Positions 33,490 through 44,773 of a stretch of DNA of 64,000 nt are shown in pieces. The notes below the pieces were generated by a model, which was not told the DNA's origin, searched no databases, and saw only the letters and a list, made by a program, of their open reading frames with translations. Both the position numbers and the translations under genes were made by a program. Origin of the DNA: Mobula hypostoma (lineage: Eukaryota); the NCBI RefSeq assembly GCF_963921235.1, contig NC_086107.1:97590001-97654000 (forward strand), given 5' to 3'. Each line of letters starts with the position of its first letter. Positions within the stretch are counted from its first letter, which is position 1.

Positions 33490-35659
33490 GACTGTTTGGG
33501 GCCCTGAATGGTGGTAAGAGAGGAGGTGTAGGGACAGGTGTAGCACTTGCGCCTACAGGGTAAGTGCCGGGTGGGAGATCTGTGGGGAGGGACCGATCCC
33601 TGCAGAAAGCGGAGAGGGGTAGAGAGGGAAAGATGTGCTTAGTGGTGGGGTCCTGTTGAAGGTGGTGGAAGTGGGGTAATCTATTGCATCCGTTGTGGCC
33701 TCCTCTACATCGGTGAAACCCGATGCAGATTGGGGGACCGCTTCGTCGAGCACCTCCGCTCTGTCCGCCACAACAGACAGGATCTCCCGGTTGCCACCCA
33801 CTTCAACTCTGCTTCACATTCCCATTCGGATATGTCCATACATGGCCTCCTCTACTGCCATGATGAGGCTAAACTCAGGTTGGAGGAGCAACATCTCATA
33901 TACCGTCTGGGTAGTCTCCACCCCTTGGTATGAACACAGAATTCTCCAACTTCTGGTAATTCCCTCCCCCTCCCTTCCTCTATCCCTATTTCACTCTGCC
34001 CCCTCCTCCATCTGCCTATCACCTCCCTCATGGTTCCGCCTCCTTCTACTACCCATTGTGTTTTCCCCTAGTCCTTCTTCACCTTTCCTGCCTATCACCT
34101 CCCTGCTTTCCCTTCCCCCACCCCTTTATCTTTCCCCTTACTGGTTTTTCACCTGGAACCTACCAGCCTTCTCCTTCCCACCCTCCCCCCACCTTCTTTA
34201 TAGGGCCTCTACCTCTGCCCCTTCCCTCTTAAGTCCTGACGAAGGGTTCCGGCCCGAAAGGTCGACCGATCTTTTCCACGGATGCTGCCCGACCTGTTGA
34301 GTTCCTCCAGCGTGTTGTGAGTGTTGCTTTGACCCCAGCATCTGCAGATTATTTTGTGACCTCAATAACAAGCCTCTCATTCCTTCGGCAAGGGGACCAG
34401 GACCGCGCACGATGCGCGAAATCCCATATAAGCAGCAGGCGTCCCGACCTGTTGAGGGTCCCGTTCTGGAGCCTGGTCGTGGGGCGGTGGCATCATCCAA
34501 GTCGGCGGTCGCGGCTCTAACTTAATTGGTTTGTAGGGATGGTTTTGGAGACGGAGAGGGTCGTTACGGGTCAGTATGAGCTTGGAGGCAAGGATGTGGG
34601 TGAGTTAGAGATCAGATTAGGGTTTAGGGACTGAGGTGCAGAGTCGAGGCCTTTGCTCTGCATTTGAAAGCCAGCAATGTGGACGTGGGAATGAAGAATT
34701 TCCGGGGTCCGTTCTCCCTTCAAACAGGCCAGTGACACGTGAGGATGATGGAGGACATCGGTGAATGTCGGGCGGTCCCGGGATGGGATGCCTGTGCAAG
34801 CAGGAGGTAAGATCCGGAGTCTGAGCCTGGAGGCTGGGGATCCTGTCATCAGCTCGTCTGGAGGTCGGCACCGAAGATTGAAGCTCACAAGTGGAAGACC
34901 AAATGCAGGAGACTGGAGGACAGTCCGTGTGTGGGTGGGAAGGAGGGAGGGAGGAGAAGGGGTTTGATTTGCTGCTGTTAATTTATTGCTGATTGTGTGC
35001 TGTGCTGCGCTGTGCTGTTCTCTGCTGGGCTTTGTGGGCATGTTACGCTGGCGCCAGAGTGTGGGGTGACACTTGCGGGCTGCCCCCGGCACGTCTGTGT
35101 GTTTCGATATACATGCGCTCTCTGAATCTGAGGACATCAGGGTGAGGAGTGAAAGAGCAGGGTCAGGGTGGGGCTGAAATCAACTCCCATACAAATGGAA
35201 AACTCAAGTGAATAAATATTAAAAACATGGAAATGAAAGAAGACCACTATTCCCTTTGGGTTTGGCACGAAGTTGGGGAATCTTCTCTGGTGCTGGGGAG
35301 TTCCCCCCAGGTGGGTGTGAGGGTCGCCGGCCTCGCTGATGGGCAGCAATTCCGATCACTCGACCGCCCTTCTCCCCACCCCGAGCTCTCGGGTCTCCTT
35401 TAAAGTTTTCCCCTCTCACCTTAAAAGTGTACCCTCTAGTTCTAGTCTTTTCTGCTGTGGGGAACTTCTCCGCGCCCCTCAGAATTTTATAAATCTCTCT
35501 CCCAGTGAGAATAAGCAACACACACAAAATGCTGGAGGAACTCAGCAGGAGTCTGGAGAAGGGTCTCGGCCTTAAACACCGACTGAGAATAAACCCAGTT
35601 TATCCAGTTTCTCTTTACAACCCCCGGGTACGCAGTCAGGCACTGTCGTCCACTCCCCT

Positions 35660-36100
35660 CTGTCTGTGTGCTGTATAGAAGCCATCAGGAAGGACGAGGG
35701 GTGACGTGGCCAGGCAATGCAGGGACCCAAGTGAAAATCACAGACAATATCACCGTCTTCTGCTCTGATCCGAGGTCAGTTCGCAGGCTGATCGGCATCT
35801 GCGAACAGTTCGAGCTAGCGTCGGGGGCCAGTGTCAACCGCGCAAGGAGCGAAGCCATGCTCTTCGGCAACTGGCCCGACCGACCCAGCGTCCCCTTCAG
35901 CATCAGGTCTGACCACGTGAAGGTGTTGGGGATCTGGTTCGGAGGGGCGGAGGCGTGCAACAAGAACTGGCAGGAGCGGACTGCCAAGGTGAAACAGAAA
36001 CTGGGACTGTGGGGAGGGCGCTCCCTGTCGATAACGGGCAAGAACCTGGTCATCAGGTGTGAGGTGCTCTCAGGGCTGCTGTACTTGGCGCAGGTGTAGC
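35660..36100 (+). mobile_element. Tx1-clade LINE RT fragment
   Basis: FELASGASVNRARSEAM..KVLGIWF..NWQER..KVKQKLGLW..RSLSITGKNLVI. Confidence 0.8.
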
Positions 36101-37149
36101 CCTTCCCTGGCTTTAAAATCACTTGGGCCGTCTTCTGATCCATCCACAGCAGGGCCCGGTCTGTTGAATTGTGGTATACAAGTCTCCAGAGAGAAGAGGA
36201 AAATGTCCCTAAGAATGGCCTTTATCTTGACCGTTACCTTCGTGTGTGTCAGCATCGAGCCGGAGATTCACAGGCGATGAAAACAACATTGTAGAATCCA
36301 GATGTGGCAACACCGCTGGTGCCAGTGACTGGTTAACCAATTTCAGCGATGCTTGGGGGAATAATAAGCATTAAGCTGGGAACCAATTCCCTGGCAATCC
36401 TTGAATTTGTTCACTCCAAAGGGAAGTTAGTTAGATCGTCTCAACTCAGCCAATCCCAATTCAGTCTAGTCCAGCCAATCTCAATCAAGTTTAGTCCAAC
36501 CAGCCAATCCCAATCTAAGCCAGCCATTCAATGCAGCCTAATCAAGGCAAAATGGACCAATTACCCAGCTCGATCTATCCAATCAAATCCTAGGCCTGTC
36601 CAGTCCTGTGTTCTCTCATCAATCAACTCAACCAATCCCAGCATGTTCAAGCAAATCAATGCTGGCCCCGCCTAACAGAATCAATCCCAGTCCTACAGGA
36701 AAGAGAACAATAACTTTGGTAACCCCTTACTCACTTAAAATAATCATCATTATGTGCCATGTCGCATGAAGTAGGTGATCATGGATGCATGACCATGATT
36801 ATTGTTGACAAATTTTCCTAAAAGGTTCAAAGGTTCATGTTATAGTCAAAGTCTGCATGTATAATACAACACTGATATTCATCTTCTCCAGATAGCCATG
36901 AAATACAGAAAAATAGAAAAGACATCAAACCCCTCCCCACATGAAAAGGAAAACACCAAACACCAAAAGTCCACCCCTTCCTCGCACAAAAGCTAACAAA
37001 TCACTCACATGGAAAACAGCAGCTGGAACGTCAAACCTAAAACCCCCCAAATCCCTCCCTCGCAAAGAAAAACAGTGACAATGACATCAAACCTCCAACC
37101 CTGTACAGAAGTGGTTTGCCGTTGCCTCTTTCTGAGCAGTGCCTTTACT

Positions 37150-38260
37150 TCAGTTCCTCCATCCCCACCACATTTTCTCAGGATGTGGTTTTCCATTCTA
37201 GAACATCTGACATGTCTTCTTTCTTCAAAGATTGAAGTTGCCCTTCCTCTATCATCGATGCAGTCATCAGCTGTCTCTCCTCCATTTTCTGGATATCCAA
37301 CCTCACCTGATCTCCCCACCACCACAACTGGATAGAGTTCTCCTTGTCCTTACTTATCGCCCATGAACCTCCGCATGCAGTGCAATATTCTCCATAATTT
37401 GCTCCATCTTCAACAGGATCCTACCACTAAACATATCTTTCCTTACTCCCACTCTTCACTTTCTGCAGGAATCACTCTCTCTGTGACTCCTTTGTCCATT
37501 CATCCCTGCCCACTCATATCCCTCCTCTCACTTGTCCCTGCAAGTGGGGCAAGTCCTACATCTCCCCTTCACTTCCTCCCTCGCCACCATTCAGGGCCCC
37601 AAACAGTCCTTCTGAATAAGGTGACACTTCACTTGTGAGTCCATTGGGGTCATTTACTGCATCCGGTGCTCCCAATGTGGCCTCCTCTACATCAGTGAGA
37701 CCTAAGAACATCCAAGAACAATGAAACAAGTCTTCTACTCCCAGCTTAAAGAAGGCAAATGTAAAAGAGGCGGACAACAGAAGAGATTCAAAGACATCTT
37801 AAAAGCCAACATGAAGAAATGTAATATCGACATCAACAATTGGGAGACCAATGCCAAGGACAGGAAACTGTGGCAAGCCATCATCCGAGAAGGAACAGCA
37901 ACTTTCGAAGCCAACAGATGTGCAGAATTAGAAGAAAAGAGAAGAAAATGGAAAGAGAGGCAGCAACAACCAAAGCCCGATCTGCCATCTGGAACTACCT
38001 GTCCTGAATGCAGAAGAACTTTCAAAGCCAAGATTGGACTCATAAGCCACTTGAGAGCCCATAAGTAGATTAACAGAACCAAGACCATCATCTTCGACCT
38101 CGAGGGATAGCTACGATGAAGAACATAAGAACTAGGAGCAGGAGTAGTCCACCTGGACGTCAGGTCTTGCCCTAGATGGGGGGGACCACTTCATTGAGCA
38201 CCTTTGCTCCACCTGCCACAACAAACGAAATTTCCCAGTGGTCACCCATATTACCCATTG
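37150..38260 (+). mobile_element. Decayed Penelope GIY-YIG fragment interrupted by nested insertions
   Basis: YCIRCSQCGLLYISET at about 37655-37702, continuing with GDHFIEHL..FPVVTH at about 38175-38250. Confidence 0.75.
37712..38118 (+). mobile_element. RTE-clade LINE 3' fragment with C-terminal C2H2 finger, 8-bp TSD
   Basis: KQVFYSQL..GGQQKRFKD.LK..W..CPECRRTFKAKIGLISHLRAH*; TSD AAGAACAT at 37704-37711 and 38119-38126. Confidence 0.85.
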
Positions 38261-38677
38261 GATGGGTGAGTGGATGAAAGAGTCTATGGTCCATGTGCGG
38301 GAAGGTGAGACTAGGCAGAAATCAGGTTGGCATGGACTAGATGGGATAAAAGGCCAGCTTCTGTACAGGCCGATGACTCTATAATCACCAAATGCTCCAA
38401 CAAACATCTACACATGCATTGAGGAAAGTATCCTTTCTGGTTGCATCCTGGCCTGGGGCAGCACAGGGACGCAAGAGGCTGCAGAGAGTAGTGGACGCAG
38501 CCTCGTCCATCACGGGAACAGCCATCCCCATCTCTGACAGCATCTACAGAAGGCACTGCCTCAAGAGGGCAGCAGCCATTATCAAGGATTCTTCCCAACA
38601 AAGCCATGCCTCTTCTCACTGCTACCATCAGGCTGGAAGTCCCACACAACAGGTTTCAGGGGAAGTCTACAGTTCTA

Positions 38678-39375
38678 TGTAGCCCCCCTGGCCACCCTCA
38701 GGGTCGCTCGGCTCGTTGTCGTCTAGGGAAACAGCTCTCGGCCCCGCCAAACTGGGCAATTAGTTTGTGTGGATGCTGTGTGATGTACCCCACCCCGCCC
38801 AAATAACAGACAATACACCAGATACGATTAAATGATTTACAGTTTATAGATATTACTGGAAATATATAATAAATAGAGAATAAAATATAAAAGGAAAATA
38901 AAAGGCACCACACTTATCAAAGTTCAATCTCTTCGTGCACAGACAGTTGGAGCTCAGGACCCTTCTTCTTCACCCTGCGACCCCTTGGACCACCTCGACC
39001 AGCTGCCTGGGACCAACAACGGTGGTCAACCAGATGCTCCACACAAGTCCGTCTCCGTCTCCTCTCCTCGCCAAATGCCCTCCTTGGGGTCCGACCCTGT
39101 TAGCGGACTCGCAGCACCTGGTCCATCCTCTGTCTCTCTCTCCCGCCTTCTCCTTAAAACCCCATGCATACAATATCTTCAGATACACCAAAAACATAAC
39201 AACTATCCCAATTGGTTCGTAACATATTCTTTTCACACTCTAACCCAAAACAAGCTGCTAGCGCAAGAACTTTCTCAGCGTTTAACACAACAAAGAAGCA
39301 TTCCCAAGTATAACATAACAAAGAAGCCATTTTAATTAGCCTACACAGTAACATAAAAGACGAAACCCCCTGACA
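38678..39375 (-). mobile_element. Probable solo LTR
   Basis: TG...CA termini (TGTAGCCCCCC / CCCCCTGACA), about 700 bp, non-coding; no TSD recognised. Confidence 0.45.
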
Positions 39376-40629
39376 CTGAGATAGCATTAGGGTTGTGTAT
39401 GTCAGTTTGAAACCATTAGGTCCACGAACTGACCTTCACAACCTTTACTCTACCTCGGCTTCAGAAAACTATGGCCATCTCTTGCACTACAATGGACCTG
39501 TCTCCGATTGTGCCTTTGGTCTTGCTTTGGCACCATTTTCAGAATCAGGTTTAATATCACCGGCATATCTCGTGAAATTTCTTGTCTTTGCGGCAGCAGC
39601 ACAATGCGATCCATGATAACAGAGAAGAAAAAAAAAATCTTGTGAACTACAGTAAGTATATTAAATAGCTAAATTAAATAAGTAGTTCAAAAGAAATGGG
39701 AAAAAAAAAGTAGTGAGGTAGTGTTCATGTGTTCATTGTCCAGATGGCAGAGGGGAAGAAGCTGTTGCTGAATCATTGAGTGCGTGCCTTCAGGCTTCGT
39801 TACCTCTTCCTGGGAACAGGGCACATCCTGGGTGGTGGGGGTCCTTAATGATGGATGCTGCCCTTCTGAGGCACCGCTCCTTGAAGATGTCCTGGTAAAT
39901 GACTAGTAAATCTGACTGGTAAATTGTCATCTGTGCTGAACCACAGTGAAAAACTTTGCTTTGCGTGCCACTTATACAGATCATTTCAGCGCAGCAGTGC
40001 ACTGAGGTAGTACAAGTGAAACGCAATATCAGATTGCCTTGGAGAGATTGCATTTAGATTTAAAGGAATAGAATGGTTATAATTGAAATAATGAGAGAAT
40101 GAGCAGAAAGCAATTTGTAATAAGTCCACATCCTCCAGCACTATCTTGAATAATTTATGTTTAATTTGTGTATTATTTATATTCTGTGTTATCTGCAACT
40201 TCATGCATGTAATGCTGCTATAAACACATTTGTCATTGTTTCTGTATCTAATGGAACTTGTGCACTTGACAATAAACTCGCCTGAACCCATACCTGTAGA
40301 AACGTTCCTGCATCAGCCCACCAGAAGTGGGCCACTCGGCCCCTCAAACCTACCCCACTTTGGATCACGGCTGTTCTGCCCCAGGAGTCACCTCCTCTTC
40401 TGCGTCACCTTTGATTCCCCGATCTTTCTAAAACTGTATCTGCCTCCTCTCCGAACACTCACAACGATTTCACCTCCACTAACCTCTGGCGTAGAGAATT
40501 CCAGAGATTCATCACCCCACCCCCATTGAAGTTCCTGCCCACCTCCATTCTAAATCACTGCTCTCAGATCTTATAACTATGTCCCGTCATTTGGGATTCC
40601 AATGGGAACGACTAGATGGGAAACAAACA

Positions 40630-41700
40630 CAAGGTGCTGGACACAAACAAGAAAAAAATCTGCAGATGCTGGAGATCTAGAGCAACACACACAAGATGCT
40701 GGAGGAACTCAGCAGGCCAGGCAGCATCTATGGAAAAGAGTAAACTGTTGATGTTTCAGGCTGAGACCCTTCATCAGGACAGGAGAATAAAAGATGAGGA
40801 GTCAGAGCTGGAAGGTGAGGAGGAGGGAGGAAGAAACACAAGGTGGTAGGTGAAACCAGGAGGAGGGGGAGGGATGAAGTAAAGAGTTGGGAAGTTGATT
40901 GGTGAAAGAGATCAGGGCTGAAGGGGGAAACTCCTCCCGGGAGTGGGGAGAAGATGGCGGTGTGACGGCAGCACGTGCAGCCACTTCGGTGATGATATCT
41001 GTTATCTGTCAAGTAGGGGAGCGTGTACAATCCTGATTTGATGGAGATGGACGTGAGAGTACAGAGGAACATCTGGAAAACTTCTGAAATGCCCGCTTCG
41101 CTGCCGCTGCTACTGTATGATAACCGGAACCTCCGGAGCAGAAGGCTCCGAAATCCTCGGCTTTGTGTTTTTCAGTGGTCGGGGAGAGGTCGAAGGCGCT
41201 CAGCAGAGGATGGCACTCGGGAGGCTGTATTGGAGAGGCTGCTCGGAAGCTCGAAGTTTTCGGACGGGTGGACTGTGTCGGCTGCTTCCAAGGCATCAGC
41301 AAGTTGACGGTGCCTGGAGGTTTATGGCAGGGAGTTTCTCCCTTTTGCCGCCTGCTATCGGGGACTCGGGAGTCAATCGACTCGGGACTTTGAGACTTTT
41401 TTACTGTGCCCATCAAATTATGGTATTGCTTTGCACTGCTGTAACTATATGTTACAATTATGTGGTTCTGTCAGTGTTAGTCTTTGGTTTGTCCTGTTTT
41501 CTGTGATATCACTCCGGAGAAACATTGTATCATTTCTTAATGCACGTATGTATTTCTAAATGACAATAAAAGAGGACTGAGTGTTCTCATAATCTAATCT
41601 GATAGAAGAGGACAGAAAGCCATAGAAGAAAGGGAAGGAGGAGGAACATCAGAGGGAGGTGATGGGCAGGTAAGGAGATAAGGTGAAAGAGGGAAATGTG
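40630..41700. mobile_element. Penelope pLTR (-) interrupted by a non-coding LINE-derived insertion (about 40931-41600, +)
   Basis: pLTR with CTGATGAAGGG..GAAAC motif on -; the insert starts near AAGATGGCG (40951) and ends gacaataaa...aatctaatct; the host resumes at 41601. Confidence 0.65.
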
Positions 41701-42309
41701 CTGAAAATAGCAGTTTACATGGAATGTGTAGAGAACAAAGTTAACCTGATGTATTAACTGGCCTGAAACATTGTTGTCTCCTCAGAAGCAGAATCAGGTT
41801 TACTGTCACTCACATACTGCATGTTGTGAAATTTGTTACAATAATTACAATAAGGAATATATTGAAAATAATTAAGTTTGCAAACAGAGAGCAACATAGG
41901 TGAGGTAGTGGTCATGGACTGTCCAGGAATGTGATGGTGGAGGGCAAGAAGCTGTTCTTACAACATTGACTGTGTGACCTCAGGCTCCTCTGCCTCCTCC
42001 CTGATGGGAGCAATGTGAAGAGGACGTGTCCTGTTTGGTGGACGTCCTTAATGATGGAAGCCACCTTTCTGAGGCATCGCCTTTTGAAGATGTCCTCGAT
42101 GCTAGGGAGGCTGGCACCCGTGGTGGAGTTGGCTGAGTTTACAACTTTCTGCAGCTTTTTCCGATCCTGAGCTGTGGCATCTCCGTACCAGGCTGTGATG
42201 CAACCAGTTCGAATGCTGTCCATGGTACATCTGTAGAAACTTGCTACAGTCTTTGGTGGCATACCAAATCTCCTCAAAAGACAGAAATAGGAGTCTTTCA
42301 CCCAGGGGA

Positions 42310-43675
42310 GGGGAGCTTTGAATTATAATTGTGTCACCATTTTCAGGGAGCTGTGGATTTGTACCCCAAAATCCATTTGTATGTCAACACTCTTGAAGAT
42401 CCCTGTCATTAACTCTATGTGTTCTACCAGAATTTGACTTCCTACATTTGTCTGGGTTAAATTCCATCTGCTACCTCTCTGCCCAACTTTCCGATTAATC
42501 TACCTCCCTCTGTATCCTAAGACAGCCTTCTGGTCTATCTAAAGCTCCACCAGTTCTTGTGTCATCTGTAATGTTCTGTAGTCTTCATTCATAATATATG
42601 AATTACCTGACATCATCTGAGTGCATTTGGTGGGGAATTGATGGTAAGCCACTTGTCATTATGTAAGGAAGAATTTATGATCATAAAATTGAATAGGGTA
42701 GAAACAGGCCTTCTCAATCTCCTTCGCCCATGCCGACTGTGGTTCCCATCAACACTAATCCCACTGACCTTATTAGGTCCATGTCTTCCTGTGCCATTCC
42801 CATTTTGAACATTCTCCCTAAGACTGCGTGAGTTTTCCTGGATGCCCCACATCCCAAAGACATCCAAAAGCCTTTTAGATGTACATGCATCTGCCTCTGG
42901 TAACATGTTCCACTCTGTGTGGATAAATTTAGCCCTCAGGTCTTTAACGTTCTCCCCTCTCACTTTAAACCCATACCCTCGAATTCTAGACTCCCTGCCC
43001 TGCATTAAAAAAAATCTGAATGTTCCCTTTGTAATTTTATAAACCTCTATAAGGTTACTCCTCAGCCTCCTAGGTTGGACTGAGATTAAACCCAGCCTAT
43101 CCAATCTTTCCTTATAACAATAGTCTCCCATTCCAGGTGAATGACTTCTGTACTCCCTAATGCTGCCGCGATCTTCCTATAGTACGTTGACCAGAACTGT
43201 ATACTATATTACAAACAAGGTGTTGCCAATGACTTGCACTGCTGTAATATGACATCCCAATATGAAGGCAGTTATATCAAATGCTTTCTTCACTCCCATA
43301 TCCACTCATAGCACCACTTCAATTTAGAGAATGATTCCAGGATTGAATAGCTTGCCATATGAAGAGCATTTAATGGCTCTGGGTCTTGATAGAGTGGATG
43401 TGGAGAGGATGTTTCCCATGGTAGGAGAGTCTAAGACCAGAGGACACAGCCTCAGAATAGAGGAGCATCCTTTCAGAATAGAGATGAGGAGGAATTTCTT
43501 TAGCCAGAGAGTACTGAATCTATGGAATTCGTTGCTGCAGGTGGCTGTAGAGGCCAAGCCTTTACGTATATTTAAGGCAGAGGTTCATAGATTGTTGATT
43601 AGTCAAGGCATGAAGGGATACAGGGAGAAGGCAGGAGATTGGGACTGAGAAGAAAATTGGATCAGCCACAATGAA
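42310..43675. mobile_element. CR1 fragments (- 42310-43310; + 43325-43675)
   Basis: YKERLDRLGL..LIEVYKI; RRNFFSQRVLNLWNSL. Confidence 0.8.
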
Positions 43676-44480
43676 ATGTTATGTGTATTTGGAATGGCTA
43701 TATCTATTAAGTAAGATGTTCTTCCTTGTTTAACCTGTAATAATATATCCAGACAGTTATAATGGATTGCCCTATCTGTAGCAATGGATTGGTTGTAATA
43801 TAATTTTGTAGACTTTGACTCTAAAACTGGATTAGGATTGTATTCATAGTAAAGTATGTGTCTTTTATGAGTTTGTGTTGTAAAGCAAGATTTTAGTGAA
43901 TGATGTTTGCCATTTAATTGTGTCTGTGTAAGTAATCAGATTGAGTTAAAACTGCTGCAGGATCCTGTGATGTGTTGGATTGTTTCTGGTTTCTCTGGCA
44001 TTTTCTGCGTTTATCGTCTTGAATTTGTTGGTCTTTTGTTATGTATTTTTGGTCTTTTTTGTGTCTATTGCCACAAGGAAACCCTCTGTTTCTGGGAAGA
44101 GGTCTCCAACTCTGAGCCAGGCATTTGACGCTTCCTTGTCGACAACTAGTCTGCTCAGACCATGGGGTTGTTTTCCATGGAGGGTCATGCCCTTCCATTG
44201 GTTAACTTTTTCTTCTGTTGTGATACTTTCTTCATTCTTCTTGGTTGTACCTTCATAAAAGTTTACTGGTGTGTGCTTCTTGCCAGAATTGTATATACTC
44301 GCGTGGAGTGCAGAATCCTGGTTTCGTTGATGGAAATACATCCTTAGAAGTTTTATCTAACAGCTGTGTAAATTTTTAATGTCTGTTATTCTGCCTCCTT
44401 CCATCCTTGGTAGTGTTAATCTAATGTGTTCAAGTGCATAAAATGTTTTCTAAAATTCATCACTTCAGTTCTTGTTACTT
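43675..44480 (-). mobile_element. R4/Dong-clade (restriction-like endonuclease) non-LTR retrotransposon fragment
   Basis: RLTLPRMEGGR; W..LHG..VDKEASNAWL..GDLFPETEGFLVAI; DYLHRHN; YYEYNPNPVLE..TDRAIHYNCLDI..LIDIAIPNTHN (degenerate NRPD..D motif). Confidence 0.75.
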
Positions 44481-44512
44481 ATTATTATTTATTGAGATAC
44501 AGCGTGGAATAG

Positions 44513-44773
44513 TGTGATAGGGTCCTGAATTACCCCTATGAACTGTGTTTTTGGAAAGAGAGAGAGAGGTGTCCAACACAGACACCTTATTATGCAAACT
44601 ATATATATATATATATATATAAAAAAAAATCATTGCTAACCTGTTTGATTTATCTGCATTTATATTACTGTATTGCGTAGTTACTAATAAATATTATTAG
44701 TTAATAGAAATACTGGACTCCAAAGTGTTTTCCATTTCTGCAGGTTCTTTAACCCATCATGGGGTACATGAGA
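44513..44773 (+). repeat. 5' LTR (internally deleted)
   Basis: Both ends match the 3' LTR (tgtga..ggtcctgaattacccctatgaactgtg; ctttaacccatca..gggtac.tga.a). Confidence 0.9.

Larger units (their letters stand above)
31897..34358. mobile_element. Penelope-like retroelement with inverted arms (GIY-YIG plus pLTR on both strands), 12-bp TSD
   Basis: CGLLYIGETRRRLGDRF..HLRSV..PVATHFN..RLEEQHLIYRLGSL on - (32243-32570) and on + (33680-33950); TSD ACCTCAATAACA at 31885-31896 and 34359-34370. Confidence 0.92.
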
